From Antedon mediterranea (lineage: Eukaryota; Animalia; Echinodermata): 20,646 nt of DNA. The position numbers and the translations under genes are program-made. Shown here piece by piece: positions 1-10,311 of this stretch. The DNA lies in NCBI RefSeq assembly GCF_964355755.1, contig NW_027306100.1:1-20646 (forward strand). Reading direction: 5' to 3'. Under the pieces are notes generated by a model, which saw only the letters and a list, made by a program, of their open reading frames with translations, was not told the origin of the DNA and searched no databases. Position 1 is the stretch's first letter. Each line of letters begins with the position of its first letter.

Positions 1-4
1 ACAG

Positions 5-72
5 TAAATAAACGGTGTTTCCAAATAAATGTTAACACTGGTGAAGAATACATTAACGCTTCACACGCTGAG
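5..72 (+). CDS. RPTP D2 exon (..NKRCFQINVNTGEEYINASHAE)
   Basis: YINAS motif in frame 1; donor GAG|gtaggt at 72/73; probable acceptor acag| at 1-4 (window edge, so start less certain). Confidence 0.85.
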
Positions 73-2122
73 GTAGGTACCTGGTTGTGGTGAGAAGAGG
101 ATGTCGTTACAACAAGTCTCACAATATGTAATATTAAGTTTTAATATGAAAATGTGAAAACTCGTTTAAATCTATTAACAATTAAATCGAGCCAGTTTGA
201 TAATAGAAAATGGCACAATAATAATAAGAATTTGTTATTTCAACAGTTCAAATCATCTTGATACATTTAAGAAATACTAAAATGACATGCAGTAGGCATT
301 ATAGGTTTACTCGTAGTAAGATAGAAAGAGCGATTTTTTCGAATAAAATAACTAAAGCTTGGTTCCCACTAGAATCTAACGCAAGGACGTAAACGCAACG
401 CAAGCGTTTTAACCAATGACAAGCGAAGTTATAGACAGTTAGCAATCACAAGCAAATAAGCCATCGCTTGTGATTGGTCAATTCACTTGCGTTGCGTTAG
501 GTCCTTGTGGGAACCAGGCTTTACAGTATAATAATTATACAACGATATAAAAAGACACATGCGCAAGTATCCCCCACATTTTCTCTTTTGTTTTGTATAA
601 TCATGTTTTTTTTTTCAATTAAAGTTTAGTTTGTTTTATTCCGAAGCGTTACAGTGATCATCGTGCTTTTATCGTTACTCGGACACCATCGCATACTAAC
701 AATACTATGGATTTCTGGCGTTTAGTGTTTGACTATAAAAGTGACGTCACAGTACAGCTAACTGAGATGGAAGATATAACGAGTGCACTGTACCTCCCAA
801 AAAAGATCAATCAGAAACAAACATTTGGTGAATATACGGTCATTGTCAAATCAAATTATCAGAATGAATTTATGAATGAGAGGCGAATCGTCTTAGAAAA
901 GGTTAATATTTGTTTTTTCGTTAAGTCAGTGGATAATGCCATATATTATAGATTACTTATCAATGAAATAATTGAAACAAAATATTTATAAGTAATCGTA
1001 GTAACCTATTTTAATTTAATAAATGAGATGATGATTTAAATCAATCGTCTGCTTATCAACCATCATTTCCAGTATCTACTTACTGTAGATATGGAATTGA
1101 TTCATTGATTTGTTTTTTCATTAAGGATGATGGAAAACGACACATTGTTCAGTATGAGGTTAACCAATGGCCAAAAAACGAACCTGTACCAGAAGTCGAT
1201 TCATTTGTTAAAATCATTAGGAAGATAATGGAACGAAATGATACTTTACCAATCACTGTTCATTGCATGTAAGTAAAATCAAAAAGTAAAATTAACTTAA
1301 ATAATTATTTTATATGATAAATGCTTTTCGACTGATAAACATGTATTTCTCTTTTTCACCCAAACAAATTGTTACAGTAACAACTTGTGTCAAGTTAATA
1401 CATAATCTATTGATTTCGCATTTCCAGGGAAGAGTTAATGCAATTTCACTCTTCCCTGGTATTTCTATTCTAATACGGGTGTATATTGGTTTATTTATAC
1501 AATGTATTTATGCAATAGGGATGATTTTGGTAGATCTGGATTATTCTGCCTAGTTTATTCAGTAATACAGAAAATGCGAGAAGACAAGATGGTGGATGTA
1601 TTCCAAACACTTAAAACACTGAGGTCAGCATGTCCTACTGCGGTGGACTCGGAGGTAGTTTATTTTTATTGCGTCTTATTGTCTCTCTTATTTTTCTTGA
1701 ATTTCTATCATACCAATGATTTTCATTCGTTGAATGTGTGCTCAAACTCAATTAACCCAAAGGGTGCTTTGAAGCTGAATCGCCAAAAAGAAATTCATTA
1801 TAAAATAAAACAAATTGTTTTATGTCGTAAATAAAATTTAAAAAAAATCTACATCTTATAAAACTACTTCAGAATCAGAAGCTTTTCGAAGTAATAATTT
1901 ACAATATCAAACTTTATGTGACAAAAAATGCATTGTGCCCATATGGACAATAGTGATGTCATATCACTACAATATTTTGGCACATAACTTTTTTTAAACT
2001 AGAGCTTTATTTAATAATAGTAATAGTGTTTAATGTTGTATTTATAGGTTCAGTACAGCTTTTGCTACGATGCTGCCCTGTGTTATCTGAAAATGTACGA
2101 GGAATATGCTAACGTAAAGTAA
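5..2122 (+). CDS. Receptor-type protein tyrosine phosphatase, 3' part (membrane-distal D2 domain and C-terminus); join(5..72,647..901,1126..1268,1519..1654,2048..2122), 5'-partial
   Basis: Manual splicing at GT-AG sites gives one open frame with ordered PTP motifs: YINAS, FIVTRTP, DFWRLVFDY, QWPK (WPD-loop position), PITVHCMDDFGRSG (P-loop), VDVFQTLKTLR, AVDSEVQYSFCY (Q-loop position), then EEYANVK-stop (TAA 2120-2122). Intron phases are consistent (0,0,2,0). Confidence 0.93.
353..523. mobile_element. Small fold-back MITE in RPTP intron
   Basis: Terminal inverted repeats TAAAGCTTGGTTCCCAC / GTGGGAACCAGGCTTTA (16/17 match) plus an internal ~43-bp inverted pair (aaggacgtaaacgcaacgcaagc..caagcga / tcgcttg..cttgcgttgcgttaggtcctt); TA at both ends. 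Confidence 0.85.
647..901 (+). CDS. RPTP D2 exon (RYSDHRAFIVTRTP..DFWRLVFDY..IVLEK)
   Basis: Acceptor ttttattccgaag| at 646, donor AAG|gttaat at 901/902; overlaps ORF 707..991. Confidence 0.9.
1126..1268 (+). CDS. RPTP D2 exon (DDGKRHIVQYEVNQWPK..PITVHC)
   Basis: Acceptor ttttttcattaag| at 1125, donor AT|gtaagt at 1268/1269; not in the ORF track. Confidence 0.92.
1519..1654 (+). CDS. RPTP D2 exon (MDDFGRSGLFC..AVDSE)
   Basis: Acceptor caatag| at 1518, donor GAG|gtagtt at 1654/1655; overlaps ORF 1502..1834. Confidence 0.92.
2048..2122 (+). CDS. RPTP terminal coding exon (VQYSFCYDAALCYLKMYEEYANVK*)
   Basis: Acceptor tttatag| at 2047; QYxFxY motif; stop TAA 2120-2122. Confidence 0.92.
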   Translation, partial: VQYSFCYDAALCYLKMYEEYANVK

Positions 2123-2199
2123 AATACCACTAAATACAACTATGGATTTAATTCATTGTTCATTTGTTGATAGAGTCTTCTTAAGCTTTCGCTTTTGTG

Positions 2200-2680
2200 A
2201 CAATCAATTCTTCTTATTGTTTGTTGGGCTCTCTCTGGTTGTAGTCTCGTTCTATTTGTGTTTTTAACTTATTAATTGACTTAGAATTTACTGTAACGGG
2301 CAGTAAGTTGTTCCATTTTTCGACAATGAAATATGAGAAAAACTTTTTCTGTGCATTTTCCTAGTATGTTGCTTAAGGATTTTAAAGTTATGGCCTTGTG
2401 TTCTATTTTCCTTATTAAATGAAAAGTAATCATTTGGATTTAAATTGTTATAAACATGGACCATTTTGAATAGTTGAATAACACAAGAACGTTCACGTCT
2501 ATAGTGTCGAAAGATGTATTGCAATTCTTCTTGTATCATAGCTAAAGTCTTTCAATTCTGGAGGTAGTTTAGTTACTCTCCGTTGTTTTTACACTGTTAA
2601 CATTGCTATACTCATGGAAAAGATTTCAACGTGTAATAATGCTGTACTAATCTTCAGATGGACAGCCCTGTTTAATTCAG
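2200..2680 (-). mobile_element. Decayed CR1-type LINE ORF2 3' fragment
   Basis: Minus-strand translations across frameshifts give KQRRVTKLPPELKDFSYD, YRRERSCVIQLFKMV, RTQGHNFKILKQ and WNNLLPVTVNSKSINKLK, matching the CR1 ORF2 C-terminal pattern (QRRATK..YRR.RGD..RTRGH..KL.K..WN.LP). Boundaries approximate. Confidence 0.8.
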
Positions 2681-3562
2681 TGTGTTCGAATTAATTGTGT
2701 TGTGTTAAGTTATATTGTCCCTCTGAAGAAAAATATGCCAATTTAATGTCACATAAAAATTATTAACTTCTATCAAAAATTGGATCGACAAACATGTTTA
2801 CCAAAATCGGCTGCCTACTAGTGTGATTTTAGTTGAATTTAACTGATTATTTATTTTTTTGGGGACAATATATCTAAGAAAAAAAACTTTCTTATTCAAC
2901 CTTAACTTTAAAATGCGAACATAACATAATATAAACATAAAAGGGAGTATGAAAAATTTTTCAAAAAGAAAACTTGTGTTTTGAACAATTTCAGTAGGAG
3001 TTCTTTATGTAATGTTGGACCATAAAACTAATATATACTGCATTCAAGCGAGTATATGTTTTATGTAAATAATCAAAGCGTTTTGTATTATAACAGTGAA
3101 TGTCCGTTTTTTTTTGGAGTAAAAAAACGAGCTGTAGGTGTTAATTATCCGTTGAAAATCAGCGAAATAATGGAAAAACTAATTCCGCCTCCATCCAACA
3201 CCGATCTGTGCTTTCTTTATCGACAACATTTACTGTTTTTACTTCTAAAAAATGATAAAAATAAGATGTTAAATAAAAAAAGTTTTTATATCCTAAATAG
3301 CTTTATGTAAATCATTATCCAATTGCTCTGTACATTACACTAACAATTCTAATTAACTAGGCGCAGGCGAGTGTGTCATGTTACGTTTTGAACAGGTTAT
3401 TATTATTTCTGAAATCATATTTTAATTAAGATTTTGCTTAATAATATTATACTTACTACTTCTTTCGGTAATAAAAGCTTATACCTTCATTATATTCTGT
3501 AAGAAGTATTTTATTTAAATTCACTTCGTATCAGCTGTTCTCAGAAACTATCCCGCCGTCAG

Positions 3563-3863
3563 TATTTTATTTTATTTTATTTTATTTAATTTTCAGGCAA
3601 ACATACATGACAACACAGCGGTGCAGCACCCTGAGGATTGCCATGAGTGCAAAGCACTATCGAGATGGCTCTCCATATACTGCACTAGAACATATAAGAC
3701 AAACATATACACAAGATGCTCTACATAGACAAAGACTTATTATTAAGTCTTTGGGAGTGGAGTTGTAAATTGTCATGAGAAAAAAACCCTGACATATGAC
3801 AGGACTTGAACCCAGGACCCTTAGATTGGTAGCCAAGCATCATAACCACCAAGCCACAGCTCC
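3563..3863 (-). mobile_element. tRNA-derived SINE
   Basis: Minus strand starts GGAGCTGTGGCTTGGTGGTT with Pol III A box (TGGCTTGGTGG, 3846-3856) and B box (GGTTCAAGTCC, 3802-3812), then a ~200-bp body and an (AAAAT)n tail (3563-3593). Confidence 0.85.
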
Positions 3864-4889
3864 ACTGTATAATACTACTATAATGTTGAAATACGATCAA
3901 TTAAGAAAGAAGAATAGTAATATAAAATAAATAAATAATAAATGCGCTGCTTATAAGTAATTTTTGTTTTTTTCCGACAACTGGTGGCCTCCTTTATTGT
4001 TGTTTGCGACTGTATGATAACGACTGGACAAAGAGCCAAGCTTTTCAAATTTTAACTGACGGCAAAAACAACGTAAAGCAACCAAAACAGGAACGTTACG
4101 TTACGTTTACTAAATAATGCATGTTATAAGTTGAATTTGGAGAATACGCATGAATTTAAAGACTGATTGTTTCCGTCAACAAGGATAATATCGGTTTACA
4201 ACGGACTGGTATACTGTGGATTAATGAATGTTTACGCTGAATCTACAGTACAGTCATGATGCTAATGCAATTATATTGCAGCCGGCCCGCAGACCCTGAG
4301 TTGAAGTTAGCGCGAAGTTCAAAACATTACTTTAAACGTATTTAAGCCTACATTTTCCTAATGCTGGTCGATTGCAGAACAATTTTCACTTGATGTACGT
4401 AAGTATCATGCCACTTGTTATTCCTATACGTTTTCTAGCGCCTAGGCCAACAGCCGCTGTTGGAATATGACTTTAGAGAGTAGCCTCTATTGATAAAGAG
4501 TATAATGTGCATTATGCCTAGATACACTCTGTATAGAATACATAACGTTCGGACGGAGTATAAATATCATGTGATAGGATAATAAATCAATACCGAATAT
4601 ATTACCGACAACAATTTAAGGTTTCTACTCATGCGCTGTTAAGATTAGTTTTACATATTATTGTATTAATTATTGTTTAACGAGCTCAAAACGGTATAAG
4701 CTGACATACATGACGCCCTCAACACTTCTCAAAACAACGGTACATATACTAGTTTACACGAAAAGTTAAAATATGATAATTTAACATGATATTGATAATA
4801 ATATTATATAAAACATTATGCAGGAAAGTAATATTTATGAATCATTATAAATCAAAAGCAAAATACTGAAAAAATGCTGTGGGTATCAG

Positions 4890-4919
4890 TATTTTGTATC
4901 TCAATTGAGATACAAAATA
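4890..4919. repeat. Perfect 30-bp palindrome
   Basis: TATTTTGTATCTCAA|TTGAGATACAAAATA equals its own reverse complement. Confidence 0.9.
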
Positions 4920-5122
4920 AAATAATCAAAAAACTAAATCAGCCATGAAAATTAGAGAGCTAATTATATATATGCATTACAAAAATATATTTGCTTGTGA
5001 ACAATTTATTTTGAAACCCTAAAGGCCCTGTCATACCTTGACGATTTAGGCAGCGAGTCCTCAACGTTTCGAAGTTTTTTTAAAAGGCTGGCATACTGTG
5101 GGATTTTCCATTTTTTACATGT

Positions 5123-5602
5123 TGTCACGAACTCCTCTAACGTTTGTTTCCAAGCGGTTGAAAATACTTTAGGGACTCCCTTGTGACATAAAAGTATATA
5201 CACACAATATCCACAATTTTGTAAAATAACTCAAAACAAAGCTTTAATTCCAATCAACTTCAACTTTCAACAATCCAGTAAGCACTTTAAACAACAGCTT
5301 CACAATAACTTTTACAATATACGGTAATATCCAACGTCTAATATCCAATGCTCAAAATAAATGCTTCAATCAAAAATCCTTCTCCCCCTTACAATTGTCA
5401 TACTTCCCCTTATATACAATATGTTCATAACCTTCTAGATCATTCCTTATACTTCTTATTCTATTGTTACAGTTTCTATTAATAGCACTTCTGGAATGTT
5501 CTTGATTGTTCTTACATGGTTTCTTATATCAAAACATCTTATTCTAGAATGTTCTTGTAGATACTAAGTTACTGTATCTGTTAGGAATGGTAATTTATTA
5601 CA
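5123..5602 (-). repeat. 3' LTR (480 bp, apparently complete)
   Basis: On the minus strand it starts TGTAATAAAT right after the PPT, has TATA-like GTATATAAGGG (~5408-5418) and ATTAAA (~5243-5248), and ends CGTGACA at 5123. Confidence 0.75.
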
Positions 5603-5624
5603 CTCCCCCCCCCCCCCTCTTTCT
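5603..5624 (-). other. Polypurine tract (plus-strand primer site) of the LTR element
   Basis: Minus strand AGAAAGAG(G)nAG immediately precedes the TG of the LTR. Confidence 0.75.
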
Positions 5625-6916
5625 GAGCTGAAAACTCTTTCTTGGAGTTTTGAGGGGCAAGTATACACGGACGTGGCAAAATTTAACCCACTCCTAGTCT
5701 GTAAAACTTAAATACGCCATAATAACGTACAACATAATTATTAATATTACTAATAACTAGATGGCACGCTCGCTTCGCTCGCGTACCATCTAGGGGTGCT
5801 CACAGATGGTTCTCGGATACAGTAGAATCCACGGACGGGGACTTTTTTGGGACACTAAACAAAAACGGAAGTGTCCCCCTAATTGGGGTATTCAGAAATA
5901 GAGACAACAAAACCAATACTGGATTCCATAAAGGACAATTAATTTATGTGGATTAAAGAAATTAGGGAGAAATGGAAATGTATGTACGGGAATTGGGCGG
6001 CGGCACGTGGTGGTGGTGATGAAACCGCAGTAATAAAGTTGATTGTATTTATATATTATAAGAACCAAACTAAATAAATAGACCTAGACATTCTGCGAAA
6101 TGGAAATCGGAAATTCAAGCTCCTATTCAGTGAAAAATTAAACTGTAGTCTACCTAAATATTTAGGGCAAATCATCGGTTGTGGTGTTGAACTTCCTGTA
6201 AACATTTGTGTGAACCAAACTGGGTCGAATTTCTGTCATGAGTACTGATTTGTTGGCCTGTGATTTATGACGCCTAAGGGATCTATCTAGACTTATTTTT
6301 TAGAATAATGTACGTACCTGTCAGATACAATTGTCTTGTGTCGTATAATAAATAAGTACTGTAATAGTTACTGAAGTTACTATAATTACAATCTCGTCAA
6401 TGAAAACACGAAAATGTATATGCACTTACTTATGAAAACGTATACAGTATTATACTCAGTTATTGAAACAGTAGGTTTAAAAAAGTTTCGTTTGTCTGTA
6501 AAATGATGTAATCAAGCTGTTTACATGAGTCTTAATTTATAAGCACATCAATAATAAAATAGTTTATCTATCCTGTAATTGGCGAGATTATGGTCGCTGT
6601 TGAATGAAATAAAGCCAATCGGTATCATATTTGTACAGAAACGTTTTCGCGGCCGAAGGGTGTAACCTAAATTCGTTGTATTATCGTCAAGAACTAACTG
6701 TAACTAAACTTACATAGAAAGTAGGGTATCATAAATTTGGCCTTAGCACTCGGGGGAGTGGCTAAGATGAAGTCCGTGGGACTACTAAATATAAATTGTA
6801 ATGAACCTCGAGGGACATAAATAGGAATATTTCATGTTTCATTATCAATGTATAATAAATGGAAACTGTTTACCGATTCAAATAATAGAAATTGGTTTTT
6901 TAACATTTTCCGAACC

Positions 6917-7271
6917 TATTGCAAGTTTATTCTCAAAGGGCCCATATATTTACCTACCGTATGTGTTAAACCAAGGGCTCATAAATTTACCTACAGTACT
7001 TGTGTTAAACCAAACTGGATGTTCCATTCATCGCAAATCAATACATTTGTATAATCGTATATTAAATCTATCAAAATAGTATTTTTTAAAGAAAATCGGC
7101 CTGTCTTCAACATTATGATGGTGTACTCTAGCAATCTATCAAAATAGTATTTTTAAAAGAAAATCGGCCTGTCTTCAACATTATGATGGTGTACTCTAGC
7201 TGTTCAACCGGTTTTCAGCTATTAAAAACAATTATCGTAGGAGGAGATAGGAAAATGCGAAGCCTCCTCGC
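6917..7271 (+). repeat. Direct repeat copy A inside the Helitron (partner 7728-8033), with an internal 2x68-bp tandem duplication (7065-7132, 7133-7200)
   Basis: Near-identical to copy B except for 19 bp missing and the 68-bp duplication (306-19+68=355). Confidence 0.92.
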
Positions 7272-7727
7272 TATGTAACATTAGGGTTGAGGGATGGGAA
7301 AGCGGATAGGTACAAAGAGGAACAATTTTTAAATATATTCTTTATCCACTGAGTAACGAAATATTTTGTTCATGTTTTATAGGCCTATAAATAATATACC
7401 TCTAAATACAGTAGGCCTAAAACATTTGCGATTTAATACTTTGTTAAAACTGTCACTGTCATAATCGATTGAAATATTAAAGTACATGTCACGATACACC
7501 ACTACGACGTTTATATTTTTGGTAATTATTAATTAATACAAACGTTGAGAAGGAACTGTCAGTATAAAGTTTATTTGTATATCTAACAGTAGAGCCTATC
7601 CACAGTCTCAGTAATAAAGTTTATTTGTATATATTTTTATATTACATCTAACAGTACGAACATTCACAGTAAGAAATGTTCGATTCAAATGAAAAATAGT
7701 TAATAGGTATTTACAGTATTGTCAAAG

Positions 7728-8033
7728 TATTGCAAGTTTATTCTCAAAGGGCCCATATATTTACCTACCGTATGTGTTAAACCAAGGGCTCATAAATTTA
7801 CCTACAGTACTTGTGTTAAACCAAACTCTGGCAGACTGAGAGATTGGGATGTTCCATTCATCGCAAATCAATACATTTGTATAATCGTATATTAAATCTA
7901 TCAAAATAGTATTTTTTAAAGAAAATCGGCCTGTCTTCAACATTATGATGGTGTACTCTAGCTGTTCAACCGGTTTTCAGCTATTAAAAACAATTATCGT
8001 AGGAGGAGATAGAAAAATGCGAAGCCTCCTCGC
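7728..8033 (+). repeat. Direct repeat copy B inside the Helitron (partner 6917-7271)
   Basis: Direct alignment by eye from tattgcaagtttattctcaaaggg to gcgaagcctcctcgc. Confidence 0.92.
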
Positions 8034-8487
8034 ATTTTTTTGGCGGGTATTTTTCAAGATGGACATCCATTAGACAGTGTATACCACGATCGGAAAACAC
8101 CCCTATTTGGGGCAAATCTTTGAACCTAAATTCGTTTTAATCGTCAATAACTAATTATCTAACTCAATTTAATTAGTAAACAGGGTTACATCAGGCGGTT
8201 AAAATCAGTACCGAAAGTACGAACCAACTTTACATACCATCGAGTGAAAATTCTAGAAGTAAGGCGAGATTTACCGAATTTTGCCCTTACGTAAATTTAT
8301 ATATAGATGAACCAACAATATTCATGTCAATTTGTCGGAATGGTTCACTAATTACTGACATAGGAATCATCGGGGCCTTCAATTTAGTTTTATACTTTGA
8401 AGCTTTACAATACTCTGTCAAAGAAATATCATGTGAAACTTTCAAAACACTATTACGGCAAGGGTATGGAACTACTAATTGCTCTAT

Positions 8488-8681
8488 TGTTCATAACCTT
8501 CTAGATCATTCCTTATACTTCTTCTTATTCTATTGATTACAGTTTCTATTAATAGCACTTCTGGAATGTTCTTGATTGTTCTTATTAATTATACATGGTT
8601 TCTTAAATCGAAACATCTTATTCTAGAATGTTCTTGTAGATACTAAGTTACTGTATCTGTTAGGAATGGTCATTTATTACA
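8488..8681 (-). repeat. Truncated 5' LTR (U3 portion only)
   Basis: Near-identical to 5422-5602 with small indels; similarity stops abruptly at 8488. Confidence 0.8.
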
Positions 8682-9894
8682 CATGTACATGACGTATTCT
8701 TAACGAATTGGACGTGTACACTGACTGTGTGTCCAGTCATTTCAGTAGTTTATGTACGTTTGTTTATGTAAGTTGTATGTTGTCATTCATCATAGTAATA
8801 CATTATATTGTATATATCGTATTTATTCGAATAAACACCTCCCTCAATATCAAATAATGTATTATGCTATCGTAAATACATTATTACTGAATAGAAAATT
8901 AGATTGAACTAAAGGATCTTCTGTCTCATCAGCGAGATAATTTCAAAATGTCACATTGATATTTTTCAATTAATATTCCAAATTGTTTAAAAACATTATT
9001 ACCTTACTTGACCTTCATGAAAGAAATATTTGATTTGTTATTATTGTTTCCTCGTTATTATCCGACTTGTTGTCTATTCCAATCGCTTCCTTAATTGCCA
9101 ACTTCAGAGCCTGAGTAGTCCTTAGAATAATGGTATGCTTAATCCTTATGTAATTAAAATAGCATTTAAATCTGGATACAAATAATACAAAGCAAAGGAA
9201 TCGAGTAAATAGAAAATAGAAAGAAAAAAGTTGTTTAGTGGATCATGATTTGTACTAATTTGATTAGAGGTAATTATGCATCGAATATAATGTAACGTGT
9301 ATATAAACAAGAGATGTCGTGTTCAATAGAACAGTAAGCTAGTTGGCCATTTCGAATCATAACTGGAATGGTATTATTATGATGATGATATAATTAATAA
9401 TATACTCTTTTGATCTCTTACCCTAACATTTTGTTTTAATATTTTTAAAACTCTACAAATTATTAATTAGTTTTAGCTATAAAACAGCTTCAAAGCTAGC
9501 TGTATATAGCTAAAAATGAGTTTATCTCAGTGCCGTTATTTTAATATAACGCCTATTAGGCTACTACAGCAAAACATACCTCATTCCTGACCTTTGATCC
9601 TAAATCCATGAACAACCTGAAAATTAAAACAATGTGCAAAACATTAGTATATTATTTGTGTGCATGAGAAGTAGTTTTTTATTCATGCTTTTTAATTGTT
9701 ACCCCTGCTGACCATTGCGTTACCTTTGATCCCAAGTTGTGAACACCACATAAAACGTGGTACCATGATAGTTGTCTTCTGCAACTAGTATACTGTACCT
9801 AACTTATCTAAATTCTTCCTTTTTATCATCGGTTCCCATCTTCGATAATCCTGTGACCTCGTCATCATTCCTCCCACACCCTCTCAGATAATTA

Positions 9895-10290
9895 AGGAAT
9901 CACTGTAAATAGAATTGAAATACAATATTGTAAGTTTAAATGGAGAAAGTAAATGTCAAGTAACGTAAAAGGAAACAATGTAAATATTATTAAAAGAATC
10001 ATCTGTGTCCGGTGTCAGGAATTGGAATTGGAAGATCAGGAAACTTGTTTAAACATAAAACGTTGACGAACATACATCACAAGGAAACGATAACTATTTA
10101 AAATTAAACTGTGGACACTGCATTAACCCTCGATTAAAACTAAGGAATTATTTTAAGATATTCGGGTTTCAGGAATTAAAGAAACATGAACCATGGTTAA
10201 ACATAAACGAGCATACAAGGAAACGATATTATATTTACTGACGAACATTGCATTTATACGGAGTACAACTAAGGACCATCCATATATAGT
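9895..10290 (+). promoter_or_regulatory. Candidate proximal promoter of the Tie-like receptor gene
   Basis: Eight same-strand AGGAA (ETS-core) words, TGTTTAAACA at 10046-10055 and TATA-like CATATATA at 10281-10288, directly upstream of ATG 10312. Transcription start unknown. Confidence 0.35.
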
Positions 10291-10311
10291 GGTTAGGGCA
10301 GGAGTATAGAG

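Larger units (their letters stand above)
5757..8307 (-). mobile_element. Non-autonomous Helitron (2551 bp) nested in the LTR element
   Basis: Minus strand reads A|TCTATATATAAAT at the 5' end (8308/8307) and ends in a GC-rich hairpin with CTAG|T (5757/5756; hairpin 5757-5793, 12/13-bp stem). Inserted in an AT dinucleotide with no TSD; no RepHel ORF. Confidence 0.78.
5123..8681 (-). mobile_element. Internally deleted LTR retrotransposon (non-coding remnant)
   Basis: TG..CA termini (TGTCACG at 5123, TTATTACA at 8681); 5-bp TSD CATGT at 5118-5122 and 8682-8686; direct repeat 5422-5602 vs 8488-8681; polypurine tract next to the left LTR; no gag/pol ORF. Confidence 0.8.

Noticed and set aside
1314-1553. 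Short ORFs at 1314, 3056, 5006, 8324, 10529, 13300, 13399, 14077, 14666, 16108 and 16460
   Set aside because: Chance ORFs in introns, repeats or antisense to the RT; no recognisable motifs or compatible splice sites.
3790-3863. Functional tRNA gene on the minus strand
   Set aside because: A/B boxes are present but the acceptor and anticodon stems pair poorly, there is no oligo-T terminator right after, and it continues into a body with an (AAAAT)n tail, so it is a SINE head.
4568-4590. Alternative left boundary of the LTR element (CATG|TGATAGG)
   Set aside because: Only a 4-bp match and a poorer terminus; CATGT|TGTCACG at 5118-5129 gives a 5-bp TSD and a TGT.A end matching the other terminus.
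6917-8033. CRISPR-like or protein-coding repeat region (ORFs 6834..7079, 6848..7054, 7761..7943)
   Set aside because: Eukaryotic context, no repeat-spacer periodicity; the ORFs are short, motif-free and inside Helitron duplications.
9589-9735. TGACCTTTGA / TTACCTTTGATCC pair as nuclear-receptor or TCF sites
   Set aside because: Such words are common in invertebrate dispersed repeats; two degenerate copies are not enough to call a regulatory element.
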